A program made the translations under genes and the position numbers. Positions 23,601 through 38,600 of a DNA stretch of 64,000 nucleotides are shown here, piece by piece. Where the stretch lies: assembly GCA_046563655.1 (NCBI GenBank), contig CM102285.1, forward strand, positions 9,300,001 to 9,364,000, in the 5' to 3' direction. Position 1 is the stretch's first letter; each line of letters starts with the position of its first letter. This stretch comes from Yuukianura sp. NJ FZ-2021. Taxonomy: Eukaryota. The notes beneath the pieces are model-generated. The model did no database searches. It was not told the DNA's origin and worked only from the letters and a program-made list of their open reading frames with translations.

Positions 23601-26600
23601 GTTATTTTCCAATGGAAAAGTTATTTTCCAATGGAAAAGTTATTTTCCAATGGAAAAGTTATTTTCCAATGGAAAAGTTATTTTCCAATGGAAAAGTTAT
23701 TTTCCAATGGAAAAGTTATTTTCCAATGGAAAAGTTATTTTCCAATGGAAAAGTTATTTTCCAATGGAAAAGTTATTTTCCAATGGAAAAGTTATTTTCC
23801 AATGGAAAAGTTATTTTCCAATGGAAAAGTTATTTTCCAATGGAAAAGTTATTTTCCAATGGAAAAGTTATTTTCCAATGGAAAAGTTATTTTCCAATGG
23901 AAAAGTTATTTTCCAATGGAAAAGTTATTTTCCAATGGAAAAGTTATTTTCCAATGGAAAAGTTATTTTCCAATGGAAAAGTTATTTTCCAATGGAAAAG
24001 TTATTTTCCAATGGAAAAGTTATTTTCCAATGGAAAAGTTATTTTCCAATGGAAAAGTTATTTTCCAATGGAAAAGTTATTTTCCAATGGAAAAGTTATT
24101 TTCCAATGGAAAAGTTATTTTCCAATGGAAAAGTTATTTTCCAATGGAAAAGTTATTTTCCAATGGAAAAGTTATTTTCCAATGGAAAAGTTATTTTCCA
24201 ATGGAAAAGTTATTTTCCAATGGAAAAGTTATTTTCCAATGGAAAAGTTATTTTCCAATGGAAAAGTTATTTTCCAATGGAAAAGTTATTTTCCAATGGA
24301 AAAGTTATTTTCCAATGGAAAAGTTATTTTCCAATGGAAAAGTTATTTTCCAATGGAAAAGTTATTTTCCAATGGAAAAGTTATTTTCCAATGGAAAAGT
24401 TATTTTCCAATGGAAAAGTTATTTTCCAATGGAAAAGTTATTTTCCAATGGAAAAGTTATTTTCCAATGGAAAAGTTATTTTCCAATGGAAAAGTTATTT
24501 TCCAATGGAAAAGTTATTTTCCAATGGAAAAGTTATTTTCCAATGGAAAAGTTATTTTCCAATGGAAAAGTTATTTTCCAATGGAAAAGTTATTTTCCAA
24601 TGGAAAAGTTATTTTCCAATGGAAAAGTTATTTTCCAATGGAAAAGTTATTTTCCAATGGAAAAGTTATTTTCCAATGGAAAAGTTATTTTCCAATGGAA
24701 AAGTTATTTTCCAATGGAAAAGTTATTTTCCAATGGAAAAGTTATTTTCCAATGGAAAAGTTATTTTCCAATGGAAAAGTTATTTTCCAATGGAAAAGTT
24801 ATTTTCCAATGGAAAAGTTATTTTCCAATGGAAAAGTTATTTTCCAATGGAAAAGTTATTTTCCAATGGAAAAGTTATTTTCCAATGGAAAAGTTATTTT
24901 CCAATGGAAAAGTTATTTTCCAATGGAAAAGTTATTTTCCAATGGAAAAGTTATTTTCCAATGGAAAAGTTATTTTCCAATGGAAAATCTATTTTCCAAT
25001 GGAAAAGTTATTTTCCAATGGAAAAGTTATTTTCCAATGGAAAATCTATTTTCCACTGGAAAAGTTATTTTCCAATGGAAAATCTATTTTCCACTGGAAA
25101 AGTTATTTTCCAATGGAAAATCTATTTTCCAATGGAAAAGTTATTTTCCAATGGAAAAGTTATTTTCCAATGGAAAAGTTATTTTCCAATGGAAAAGTTA
25201 TTTTCCAATGGAAAAGTTATTTTCCAATGGAAAAGTTATTTTCCAATGGAAAAGTTATTTTCCAATGGAAAAGTTATTTTCCAATGGAAAAGTTATTTTC
25301 CAATGGAAAAGTTATTTTCCAATGGAAAAGTTATTTTCCAATGGAAAAGTTATTTTCCAATGGAAAAGTTATTTTCCAATGGAAAAGTTATTTTCCAATG
25401 GAAAAGTTATTTTCCAATGGAAAAGTTATTTTCCAATGGAAAAGTTATTTTCCAATGGAAAAGTTATTTTCCAATGGAAAAGTTATTTTCCAATGGAAAA
25501 GTTATTTTCCAATGGAAAAGTTATTTTCCAATGGAAAAGTTATTTTCCAATGGAAAAGTTATTTTCCAATGGAAAAGTTATTTTCCAATGGAAAAGTTAT
25601 TTTCCAATGGAAAAGTTATTTTCCAATGGAAAAGTTATTTTCCAATGGAAAAGTTATTTTCCAATGGAAAAGTTATTTTCCAATGGAAAAGTTATTTTCC
25701 AATGGAAAAGTTATTTTCCAATGGAAAAGTTATTTTCCAATGGAAAAGTTATTTTCCAATGGAAAAGTTATTTTCCAATGGAAAAGTTATTTTCCAATGG
25801 AAAAGTTATTTTCCAATGGAAAAGTTATTTTCCAATGGAAAAGTTATTTTCCAATGGAAAAGTTATTTTCCAATGGAAAAGTTATTTTCCAATGGAAAAG
25901 TTATTTTCCAATGGAAAAGTTATTTTCCAATGGAAAAGTTATTTTCCAATGGAAAAGTTATTTTCCAATGGAAAAGTTATTTTCCAATGGAAAAGTTATT
26001 TTCCAATGGAAAAGTTATTTTCCAATGGAAAAGTTATTTTCCAATGGAAAAGTTATTTTCCAATGGAAAAGTTATTTTCCAATGGAAAAGTTATTTTCCA
26101 ATGGAAAAGTTATTTTCCAATGGAAAAGTTATTTTCCAATGGAAAAGTTATTTTCCAATGGAAAAGTTATTTTCCAATGGAAAAGTTATTTTCCAATGGA
26201 AAAGTTATTTTCCAATGGAAAAGTTATTTTCCAATGGAAAAGTTATTTTCCAATGGAAAAGTTATTTTCCAATGGAAAAGTTATTTTCCAATGGAAAAGT
26301 TATTTTCCAATGGAAAAGTTATTTTCCAATGGAAAAGTTATTTTCCAATGGAAAAGTTATTTTCCAATGGAAAAGTTATTTTCCAATGGAAAAGTTATTT
26401 TCCAATGGAAAAGTTATTTTCCAATGGAAAAGTTATTTTCCAATGGAAAAGTTATTTTCCAATGGAAAAGTTATTTTCCAATGGAAAAGTTATTTTCCAA
26501 TGGAAAAGTTATTTTCCAATGGAAAAGTTATTTTCCAATGGAAAAGTTATTTTCCAATGGAAAAGTTATTTTCCAATGGAAAAGTTATTTTCCAATGGAA

Positions 26601-29600
26601 AAGTTATTTTCCAATGGAAAAGTTATTTTCCAATGGAAAAGTTATTTTCCAATGGAAAAGTTATTTTCCAATGGAAAAGTTATTTTCCAATGGAAAAGTT
26701 ATTTTCCAATGGAAAAGTTATTTTCCAATGGAAAAGTTATTTTCCAATGGAAAAGTTATTTTCCAATGGAAAAGTTATTTTCCACTGGAAAAGTTATTTT
26801 CCAATGGAAAAGTTATTTTCCAATGGAAAAGTTATTTTCCAATGGAAAAGTTATTTTCCACTGGAAAAGTTATTTTCCAATGGAAAAGTTATTTTCCACT
26901 GGAAAAGTTATTTTCCAATGGAAAAGTTATTTTCCAATGGAAAAGTTATTTTCCAATGGAAAAGTTATTTTCCAATGGAAAAGTTATTTTCCAATGGAAA
27001 AGTTATTTTCCAATGGAAAAGTTATTTTCCAATGGAAAAGTTATTTTCCAATGGAAAAGTTATTTTCCAATGGAAAAGTTATTTTCCAATGGAAAAGTTA
27101 TTTTCCAATGGAAAAGTTATTTTCCAATGGAAAAGTTATTTTCCAATGGAAAAGTTATTTTCCAATGGAAAAGTTATTTTCCAATGGAAAAGTTATTTTC
27201 CAATGGAAAAGTTATTTTCCAATGGAAAAGTTATTTTCCAATGGAAAAGTTATTTTCCAATGGAAAAGTTATTTTCCAATGGAAAAGTTATTTTCCAATG
27301 GAAAAGTTATTTTCCAATGGAAAAGTTATTTTCCAATGGAAAAGTTATTTTCCAATGGAAAAGTTATTTTCCAATGGAAAATCTATTTTCCACTGGAAAA
27401 GTTATTTTCCAATGGAAAATCTATTTTCCACTGGAAAAGTTATTTTCCAATGGAAAATCTATTTTCCAATGGAAAAGTTATTTTCCAATGGAAAAGTTAT
27501 TTTCCAATGGAAAAGTTATTTTCCAATGGAAAAGTTATTTTCCAATGGAAAAGTTATTTTCCAATGGAAAAGTTATTTTCCAATGGAAAAGTTATTTTCC
27601 AATGGAAAAGTTATTTTCCAATGGAAAAGTTATTTTCCAATGGAAAAGTTATTTTCCAATGGAAAAGTTATTTTCCAATGGAAAAGTTATTTTCCAATGG
27701 AAAAGTTATTTTCCAATGGAAAAGTTATTTTCCAATGGAAAAGTTATTTTCCAATGGAAAAGTTATTTTCCAATGGAAAAGTTATTTTCCAATGGAAAAG
27801 TTATTTTCCAATGGAAAAGTTATTTTCCAATGGAAAAGTTATTTTCCAATGGAAAAGTTATTTTCCAATGGAAAAGTTATTTTCCAATGGAAAAGTTATT
27901 TTCCAATGGAAAAGTTATTTTCCAATGGAAAAGTTATTTTCCAATGGAAAAGTTATTTTCCAATGGAAAAGTTATTTTCCAATGGAAAAGTTATTTTCCA
28001 ATGGAAAAGTTATTTTCCAATGGAAAAGTTATTTTCCAATGGAAAAGTTATTTTCCAATGGAAAAGTTATTTTCCAATGGAAAAGTTATTTTCCAATGGA
28101 AAAGTTATTTTCCAATGGAAAAGTTATTTTCCAATGGAAAAGTTATTTTCCAATGGAAAAGTTATTTTCCAATGGAAAAGTTATTTTCCAATGGAAAAGT
28201 TATTTTCCAATGGAAAAGTTATTTTCCAATGGAAAAGTTATTTTCCAATGGAAAAGTTATTTTCCAATGGAAAAGTTATTTTCCAATGGAAAAGTTATTT
28301 TCCAATGGAAAAGTTATTTTCCAATGGAAAAGTTATTTTCCAATGGAAAAGTTATTTTCCAATGGAAAAGTTATTTTCCAATGGAAAAGTTATTTTCCAA
28401 TGGAAAAGTTATTTTCCAATGGAAAAGTTATTTTCCAATGGAAAAGTTATTTTCCAATGGAAAAGTTATTTTCCAATGGAAAAGTTATTTTCCAATGGAA
28501 AAGTTATTTTCCAATGGAAAAGTTATTTTCCAATGGAAAAGTTATTTTCCAATGGAAAAGTTATTTTCCAATGGAAAAGTTATTTTCCAATGGAAAAGTT
28601 ATTTTCCAATGGAAAAGTTATTTTCCAATGGAAAAGTTATTTTCCAATGGAAAAGTTATTTTCCAATGGAAAAGTTATTTTCCAATGGAAAAGTTATTTT
28701 CCAATGGAAAAGTTATTTTCCAATGGAAAAGTTATTTTCCAATGGAAAAGTTATTTTCCAATGGAAAAGTTATTTTCCAATGGAAAAGTTATTTTCCAAT
28801 GGAAAAGTTATTTTCCAATGGAAAAGTTATTTTCCAATGGAAAAGTTATTTTCCAATGGAAAAGTTATTTTCCAATGGAAAAGTTATTTTCCAATGGAAA
28901 AGTTATTTTCCAATGGAAAAGTTATTTTCCAATGGAAAAGTTATTTTCCAATGGAAAAGTTATTTTCCAATGGAAAAGTTATTTTCCAATGGAAACACTA
29001 TTTTCCACTGGAAAAGTTATTTTCCAATGGAAACACTATTTTCCACTGGAAAAGTTATTTTCCAATGGAAACACTATTTTCCACTGGAAAAGTTATTTTC
29101 CAATGGAAACACTATTTTCCACTGGAAAAGTTATTTTCCAATGGAAAAGTTATTTTCCAATGGAAAAGTTATTTTCCAATGGAAAAGTTATTTTCCAATG
29201 GAAAAGTTATTTTCCAATGGAAAAGTTATTTTCCAATGGAAAAGTTATTTTCCAATGGAAAAGTTATTTTCCAATGGAAAAGTTATTTTCCAATGGAAAA
29301 GTTATTTTCCAATGGAAAAGTTATTTTCCAATGGAAAAGTTATTTTCCACTGGAAAAGTTATTTTCCAATGGAAAAGTTATTTTCCACTGGAAAAGTTAT
29401 TTTCCAATGGAAAAGTTATTTTCCAATGGAAAAGTTATTTTCCAATGGAAAAGTTATTTTCCAATGGAAAAGTTATTTTCCAATGGAAAAGTTATTTTCC
29501 AATGGAAAAGTTATTTTCCAATGGAAAAGTTATTTTCCAATGGAAAAGTTATTTTCCAATGGAAAAGTTATTTTCCAATGGAAAAGTTATTTTCCAATGG

Positions 29601-32600
29601 AAAAGTTATTTTCCAATGGAAAAGTTATTTTCCAATGGAAAAGTTATTTTCCAATGGAAAAGTTATTTTCCAATGGAAAAGTTATTTTCCAATGGAAAAG
29701 TTATTTTCCAATGGAAAAGTTATTTTCCAATGGAAAAGTTATTTTCCAATGGAAAAGTTATTTTCCAATGGAAAAGTTATTTTCCAATGGAAAAGTTATT
29801 TTCCAATGGAAAAGTTATTTTCCAATGGAAAAGTTATTTTCCAATGGAAAAGTTATTTTCCAATGGAAAAGTTATTTTCCAATGGAAAAGTTATTTTCCA
29901 ATGGAAAAGTTATTTTCCAATGGAAAAGTTATTTTCCAATGGAAAAGTTATTTTCCAATGGAAAAGTTATTTTCCAATGGAAAAGTTATTTTCCAATGGA
30001 AAAGTTATTTTCCAATGGAAAAGTTATTTTCCAATGGAAAAGTTATTTTCCAATGGAAAAGTTATTTTCCAATGGAAAAGTTATTTTCCAATGGAAAAGT
30101 TATTTTCCAATGGAAAAGTTATTTTCCAATGGAAAAGTTATTTTCCAATGGAAAAGTTATTTTCCAATGGAAAAGTTATTTTCCAATGGAAAAGTTATTT
30201 TCCAATGGAAAAGTTATTTTCCAATGGAAAAGTTATTTTCCAATGGAAAAGTTATTTTCCAATGGAAAAGTTATTTTCCAATGGAAAAGTTATTTTCCAA
30301 TGGAAAAGTTATTTTCCAATGGAAAAGTTATTTTCCAATGGAAAAGTTATTTTCCAATGGAAAAGTTATTTTCCAATGGAAAAGTTATTTTCCAATGGAA
30401 AAGTTATTTTCCAATGGAAAAGTTATTTTCCAATGGAAAAGTTATTTTCCAATGGAAAAGTTATTTTCCAATGGAAAAGTTATTTTCCAATGGAAAAGTT
30501 ATTTTCCAATGGAAAAGTTATTTTCCAATGGAAAAGTTATTTTCCAATGGAAAAGTTATTTTCCAATGGAAAAGTTATTTTCCAATGGAAAAGTTATTTT
30601 CCAATGGAAAAGTTATTTTCCAATGGAAAAGTTATTTTCCAATGGAAAAGTTATTTTCCAATGGAAAAGTTATTTTCCAATGGAAAAGTTATTTTCCAAT
30701 GGAAAAGTTATTTTCCAATGGAAAAGTTATTTTCCAATGGAAAAGTTATTTTCCAATGGAAAAGTTATTTTCCAATGGAAAAGTTATTTTCCAATGGAAA
30801 AGTTATTTTCCAATGGAAAAGTTATTTTCCAATGGAAAAGTTATTTTCCAATGGAAAAGTTATTTTCCAATGGAAAAGTTATTTTCCAATGGAAAAGTTA
30901 TTTTCCAATGGAAAAGTTATTTTCCAATGGAAAAGTTATTTTCCAATGGAAAAGTTATTTTCCAATGGAAAAGTTATTTTCCAATGGAAAAGTTATTTTC
31001 CAATGGAAAAGTTATTTTCCAATGGAAAAGTTATTTTCCAATGGAAAAGTTATTTTCCAATGGAAAAGTTATTTTCCAATGGAAAAGTTATTTTCCAATG
31101 GAAAAGTTATTTTCCAATGGAAAAGTTATTTTCCAATGGAAAAGTTATTTTCCAATGGAAAAGTTATTTTCCAATGGAAAAGTTATTTTCCACTGGAAAA
31201 GTTATTTTCCAATGGAAAAGTTATTTTCCAATGGAAAAGTTATTTTCCAATGGAAAAGTTATTTTCCAATGGAAAAGTTATTTTCCAATGGAAAAGTTAT
31301 TTTCCAATGGAAAAGTTATTTTCCAATGGAAAAGTTATTTTCCAATGGAAAAGTTATTTTCCACTGGAAAAGTTATTTTCCAATGGAAAAGTTATTTTCC
31401 AATGGAAAAGTTATTTTCCAATGGAAAAGTTATTTTCCAATGGAAAAGTTATTTTCCAATGGAAAAGTTATTTTCCAATGGAAAAGTTATTTTCCAATGG
31501 AAAAGTTATTTTCCAATGGAAAAGTTATTTTCCAATGGAAAAGTTATTTTCCAATGGAAAAGTTATTTTCCAATGGAAAAGTTATTTTCCAATGGAAAAG
31601 TTATTTTCCAATGGAAAAGTTATTTTCCAATGGAAAAGTTATTTTCCAATGGAAAAGTTATTTTCCAATGGAAAAGTTATTTTCCAATGGAAAAGTTATT
31701 TTCCAATGGAAAAGTTATTTTCCAATGGAAAAGTTATTTTCCAATGGAAAAGTTATTTTCCAATGGAAAAGTTATTTTCCAATGGAAAAGTTATTTTCCA
31801 ATGGAAAAGTTATTTTCCAATGGAAAAGTTATTTTCCAATGGAAAAGTTATTTTCCAATGGAAAAGTTATTTTCCAATGGAAAAGTTATTTTCCAATGGA
31901 AAAGTTATTTTCCAATGGAAAAGTTATTTTCCAATGGAAAAGTTATTTTCCAATGGAAAAGTTATTTTCCAATGGAAAAGTTATTTTCCAATGGAAAAGT
32001 TATTTTCCAATGGAAAAGTTATTTTCCAATGGAAAAGTTATTTTCCAATGGAAAAGTTATTTTCCAATGGAAAAGTTATTTTCCAATGGAAAAGTTATTT
32101 TCCAATGGAAAAGTTATTTTCCAATGGAAAAGTTATTTTCCAATGGAAAAGTTATTTTCCAATGGAAAAGTTATTTTCCAATGGAAAAGTTATTTTCCAA
32201 TGGAAAAGTTATTTTCCAATGGAAAAGTTATTTTCCAATGGAAAAGTTATTTTCCAATGGAAAAGTTATTTTCCAATGGAAAAGTTATTTTCCAATGGAA
32301 AAGTTATTTTCCAATGGAAAAGTTATTTTCCAATGGAAAAGTTATTTTCCAATGGAAAAGTTATTTTCCAATGGAAAAGTTATTTTCCAATGGAAAAGTT
32401 ATTTTCCAATGGAAAAGTTATTTTCCAATGGAAAAGTTATTTTCCAATGGAAAAGTTATTTTCCAATGGAAAAGTTATTTTCCAATGGAAAAGTTATTTT
32501 CCAATGGAAAAGTTATTTTCCAATGGAAAAGTTATTTTCCAATGGAAAAGTTATTTTCCAATGGAAAAGTTATTTTCCAATGGAAAAGTTATTTTCCAAT

Positions 32601-35600
32601 GGAAAAGTTATTTTCCAATGGAAAAGTTATTTTCCAATGGAAAAGTTATTTTCCAATGGAAAAGTTATTTTCCAATGGAAAAGTTATTTTCCAATGGAAA
32701 AGTTATTTTCCAATGGAAAAGTTATTTTCCAATGGAAAAGTTATTTTCCAATGGAAAAGTTATTTTCCAATGGAAAAGTTATTTTCCAATGGAAAAGTTA
32801 TTTTCCAATGGAAAAGTTATTTTCCAATGGAAAAGTTATTTTCCAATGGAAACACTATTTTCCACTGGAAAAGTTATTTTCCAATGGAAACACTATTTTC
32901 CACTGGAAAAGTTATTTTCCAATGGAAACACTATTTTCCACTGGAAAAGTTATTTTCCAATGGAAACACTATTTTCCACTGGAAAAGTTATTTTCCAATG
33001 GAAAAGTTATTTTCCAATGGAAAAGTTATTTTCCAATGGAAAAGTTATTTTCCAATGGAAAAGTTATTTTCCAATGGAAAAGTTATTTTCCAATGGAAAA
33101 GTTATTTTCCAATGGAAAAGTTATTTTCCAATGGAAAAGTTATTTTCCAATGGAAAAGTTATTTTCCAATGGAAAAGTTATTTTCCAATGGAAAAGTTAT
33201 TTTCCAATGGAAAAGTTATTTTCCAATGGAAAAGTTATTTTCCAATGGAAAAGTTATTTTCCAATGGAAAAGTTATTTTCCAATGGAAAAGTTATTTTCC
33301 AATGGAAAAGTTATTTTCCAATGGAAAAGTTATTTTCCAATGGAAAAGTTATTTTCCAATGGAAAAGTTATTTTCCAATGGAAAAGTTATTTTCCAATGG
33401 AAAAGTTATTTTCCAATGGAAAAGTTATTTTCCACTGGAAAAGTTATTTTCCAATGGAAAAGTTATTTTCCAATGGAAAAGTTATTTTCCAATGGAAAAG
33501 TTATTTTCCAATGGAAAAGTTATTTTCCAATGGAAAAGTTATTTTCCAATGGAAAAGTTATTTTCCAATGGAAAAGTTATTTTCCAATGGAAAAGTTATT
33601 TTCCAATGGAAAAGTTATTTTCCAATGGAAAAGTTATTTTCCAATGGAAAAGTTATTTTCCAATGGAAAAGTTATTTTCCAATGGAAAAGTTATTTTCCA
33701 ATGGAAAAGTTATTTTCCAATGGAAAAGTTATTTTCCAATGGAAAAGTTATTTTCCAATGGAAAAGTTATTTTCCAATGGAAAAGTTATTTTCCAATGGA
33801 AAAGTTATTTTCCAATGGAAAAGTTATTTTCCAATGGAAAAGTTATTTTCCAATGGAAAAGTTATTTTCCAATGGAAAAGTTATTTTCCAATGGAAAAGT
33901 TATTTTCCAATGGAAAAGTTATTTTCCAATGGAAAAGTTATTTTCCAATGGAAAAGTTATTTTCCAATGGAAAAGTTATTTTCCAATGGAAAAGTTATTT
34001 TCCAATGGAAAAGTTATTTTCCAATGGAAAAGTTATTTTCCAATGGAAAAGTTATTTTCCAATGGAAAAGTTATTTTCCAATGGAAAAGTTATTTTCCAA
34101 TGGAAAAGTTATTTTCCAATGGAAAAGTTATTTTCCAATGGAAAAGTTATTTTCCAATGGAAAAGTTATTTTCCAATGGAAAAGTTATTTTCCAATGGAA
34201 AAGTTATTTTCCAATGGAAAAGTTATTTTCCAATGGAAAAGTTATTTTCCAATGGAAAAGTTATTTTCCAATGGAAAAGTTATTTTCCAATGGAAAAGTT
34301 ATTTTCCAATGGAAAAGTTATTTTCCAATGGAAAAGTTATTTTCCAATGGAAAAGTTATTTTCCAATGGAAAAGTTATTTTCCAATGGAAAAGTTATTTT
34401 CCAATGGAAAAGTTATTTTCCAATGGAAAAGTTATTTTCCAATGGAAAAGTTATTTTCCAATGGAAAAGTTATTTTCCAATGGAAAAGTTATTTTCCAAT
34501 GGAAAAGTTATTTTCCAATGGAAAAGTTATTTTCCAATGGAAAAGTTATTTTCCAATGGAAAAGTTATTTTCCAATGGAAAAGTTATTTTCCAATGGAAA
34601 AGTTATTTTCCAATGGAAAAGTTATTTTCCAATGGAAAAGTTATTTTCCAATGGAAAAGTTATTTTCCAATGGAAAAGTTATTTTCCAATGGAAAAGTTA
34701 TTTTCCAATGGAAAAGTTATTTTCCAATGGAAAAGTTATTTTCCAATGGAAAAGTTATTTTCCAATGGAAAAGTTATTTTCCAATGGAAAAGTTATTTTC
34801 CAATGGAAAAGTTATTTTCCAATGGAAAAGTTATTTTCCAATGGAAAAGTTATTTTCCAATGGAAAAGTTATTTTCCAATGGAAAAGTTATTTTCCAATG
34901 GAAAAGTTATTTTCCAATGGAAAAGTTATTTTCCAATGGAAAAGTTATTTTCCAATGGAAAAGTTATTTTCCAATGGAAAAGTTATTTTCCAATGGAAAA
35001 GTTATTTTCCAATGGAAAAGTTATTTTCCAATGGAAAAGTTATTTTCCAATGGAAAAGTTATTTTCCAATGGAAAAGTTATTTTCCAATGGAAAAGTTAT
35101 TTTCCAATGGAAAAGTTATTTTCCAATGGAAAAGTTATTTTCCAATGGAAAAGTTATTTTCCAATGGAAAAGTTATTTTCCAATGGAAAAGTTATTTTCC
35201 AATGGAAAAGTTATTTTCCAATGGAAAAGTTATTTTCCAATGGAAAAGTTATTTTCCAATGGAAAAGTTATTTTCCAATGGAAAAGTTATTTTCCAATGG
35301 AAAAGTTATTTTCCAATGGAAAAGTTATTTTCCACTGGAAAAGTTATTTTCCAATGGAAAAGTTATTTTCCAATGGAAAAGTTATTTTCCAATGGAAAAG
35401 TTATTTTCCAATGGAAAAGTTATTTTCCAATGGAAAAGTTATTTTCCAATGGAAAAGTTATTTTCCAATGGAAAAGTTATTTTCCAATGGAAAAGTTATT
35501 TTCCAATGGAAAAGTTATTTTCCAATGGAAAAGTTATTTTCCAATGGAAAAGTTATTTTCCAATGGAAAAGTTATTTTCCAATGGAAAAGTTATTTTCCA

Positions 35601-38600
35601 ATGGAAAAGTTATTTTCCAATGGAAAAGTTATTTTCCAATGGAAAAGTTATTTTCCAATGGAAAAGTTATTTTCCAATGGAAAAGTTATTTTCCAATGGA
35701 AAAGTTATTTTCCAATGGAAAAGTTATTTTCCAATGGAAAAGTTATTTTCCAATGGAAAAGTTATTTTCCAATGGAAAAGTTATTTTCCAATGGAAAAGT
35801 TATTTTCCAATGGAAAAGTTATTTTCCAATGGAAAAGTTATTTTCCAATGGAAAAGTTATTTTCCAATGGAAAAGTTATTTTCCAATGGAAAAGTTATTT
35901 TCCAATGGAAAAGTTATTTTCCAATGGAAAAGTTATTTTCCAATGGAAAAGTTATTTTCCAATGGAAAAGTTATTTTCCACTGGAAAAGTTATTTTCCAA
36001 TGGAAAAGTTATTTTCCACTGGAAAAGTTATTTTCCAATGGAAAAGTTATTTTCCAATGGAAAAGTTATTTTCCAATGGAAAAGTTATTTTCCAATGGAA
36101 AAGTTATTTTCCAATGGAAAAGTTATTTTCCAATGGAAAAGTTATTTTCCAATGGAAAAGTTATTTTCCAATGGAAAAGTTATTTTCCAATGGAAAAGTT
36201 ATTTTCCAATGGAAAAGTTATTTTCCAATGGAAAAGTTATTTTCCAATGGAAAAGTTATTTTCCAATGGAAAAGTTATTTTCCAATGGAAAAGTTATTTT
36301 CCAATGGAAAAGTTATTTTCCAATGGAAAAGTTATTTTCCAATGGAAAAGTTATTTTCCAATGGAAAAGTTATTTTCCAATGGAAAAGTTATTTTCCAAT
36401 GGAAAAGTTATTTTCCAATGGAAAAGTTATTTTCCAATGGAAAAGTTATTTTCCAATGGAAAAGTTATTTTCCAATGGAAAAGTTATTTTCCAATGGAAA
36501 AGTTATTTTCCAATGGAAAAGTTATTTTCCAATGGAAAAGTTATTTTCCAATGGAAAAGTTATTTTCCAATGGAAAAGTTATTTTCCAATGGAAAAGTTA
36601 TTTTCCAATGGAAAAGTTATTTTCCAATGGAAAAGTTATTTTCCAATGGAAAAGTTATTTTCCAATGGAAAAGTTATTTTCCAATGGAAAAGTTATTTTC
36701 CAATGGAAAAGTTATTTTCCAATGGAAAAGTTATTTTCCAATGGAAAAGTTATTTTCCAATGGAAAAGTTATTTTCCAATGGAAAAGTTATTTTCCAATG
36801 GAAAAGTTATTTTCCAATGGAAAAGTTATTTTCCAATGGAAAAGTTATTTTCCAATGGAAAAGTTATTTTCCAATGGAAAAGTTATTTTCCAATGGAAAA
36901 GTTATTTTCCAATGGAAAAGTTATTTTCCAATGGAAAAGTTATTTTCCAATGGAAAAGTTATTTTCCAATGGAAAAGTTATTTTCCAATGGAAAAGTTAT
37001 TTTCCAATGGAAAAGTTATTTTCCAATGGAAAAGTTATTTTCCAATGGAAAAGTTATTTTCCAATGGAAAAGTTATTTTCCAATGGAAAAGTTATTTTCC
37101 AATGGAAAAGTTATTTTCCAATGGAAAAGTTATTTTCCAATGGAAAAGTTATTTTCCAATGGAAAAGTTATTTTCCAATGGAAAAGTTATTTTCCAATGG
37201 AAAAGTTATTTTCCAATGGAAAAGTTATTTTCCAATGGAAAAGTTATTTTCCAATGGAAAAGTTATTTTCCAATGGAAAAGTTATTTTCCAATGGAAAAG
37301 TTATTTTCCAATGGAAAAGTTATTTTCCAATGGAAAAGTTATTTTCCAATGGAAAAGTTATTTTCCAATGGAAAAGTTATTTTCCAATGGAAAAGTTATT
37401 TTCCAATGGAAAAGTTATTTTCCAATGGAAAAGTTATTTTCCAATGGAAAAGTTATTTTCCAATGGAAAAGTTATTTTCCAATGGAAAAGTTATTTTCCA
37501 ATGGAAAAGTTATTTTCCAATGGAAAAGTTATTTTCCAATGGAAAAGTTATTTTCCAATGGAAAAGTTATTTTCCAATGGAAAAGTTATTTTCCAATGGA
37601 AAAGTTATTTTCCAATGGAAAAGTTATTTTCCAATGGAAAAGTTATTTTCCAATGGAAAAGTTATTTTCCAATGGAAAAGTTATTTTCCAATGGAAAAGT
37701 TATTTTCCAATGGAAAAGTTATTTTCCAATGGAAAAGTTATTTTCCAATGGAAAAGTTATTTTCCAATGGAAAAGTTATTTTCCAATGGAAAAGTTATTT
37801 TCCAATGGAAAAGTTATTTTCCAATGGAAAAGTTATTTTCCAATGGAAAAGTTATTTTCCAATGGAAAAGTTATTTTCCAATGGAAAAGTTATTTTCCAA
37901 TGGAAAAGTTATTTTCCAATGGAAAAGTTATTTTCCAATGGAAAAGTTATTTTCCAATGGAAAAGTTATTTTCCAATGGAAAAGTTATTTTCCAATGGAA
38001 AAGTTATTTTCCAATGGAAAAGTTATTTTCCAATGGAAAAGTTATTTTCCAATGGAAAAGTTATTTTCCAATGGAAAAGTTATTTTCCAATGGAAAAGTT
38101 ATTTTCCAATGGAAAAGTTATTTTCCAATGGAAAAGTTATTTTCCAATGGAAAAGTTATTTTCCAATGGAAAAGTTATTTTCCAATGGAAAAGTTATTTT
38201 CCAATGGAAAAGTTATTTTCCAATGGAAAAGTTATTTTCCACTGGAAAAGTTATTTTCCAATGGAAAAGTTATTTTCCAATGGAAAAGTTATTTTCCAAT
38301 GGAAAAGTTATTTTCCAATGGAAAAGTTATTTTCCAATGGAAAAGTTATTTTCCAATGGAAAAGTTATTTTCCAATGGAAAAGTTATTTTCCAATGGAAA
38401 AGTTATTTTCCAATGGAAAAGTTATTTTCCAATGGAAAAGTTATTTTCCAATGGAAAAGTTATTTTCCAATGGAAAAGTTATTTTCCAATGGAAAAGTTA
38501 TTTTCCAATGGAAAAGTTATTTTCCAATGGAAAAGTTATTTTCCAATGGAAAATTTATTTTCCAATGGAAAAGTTATTTTCCAATGGAAAAGTTATTTTC

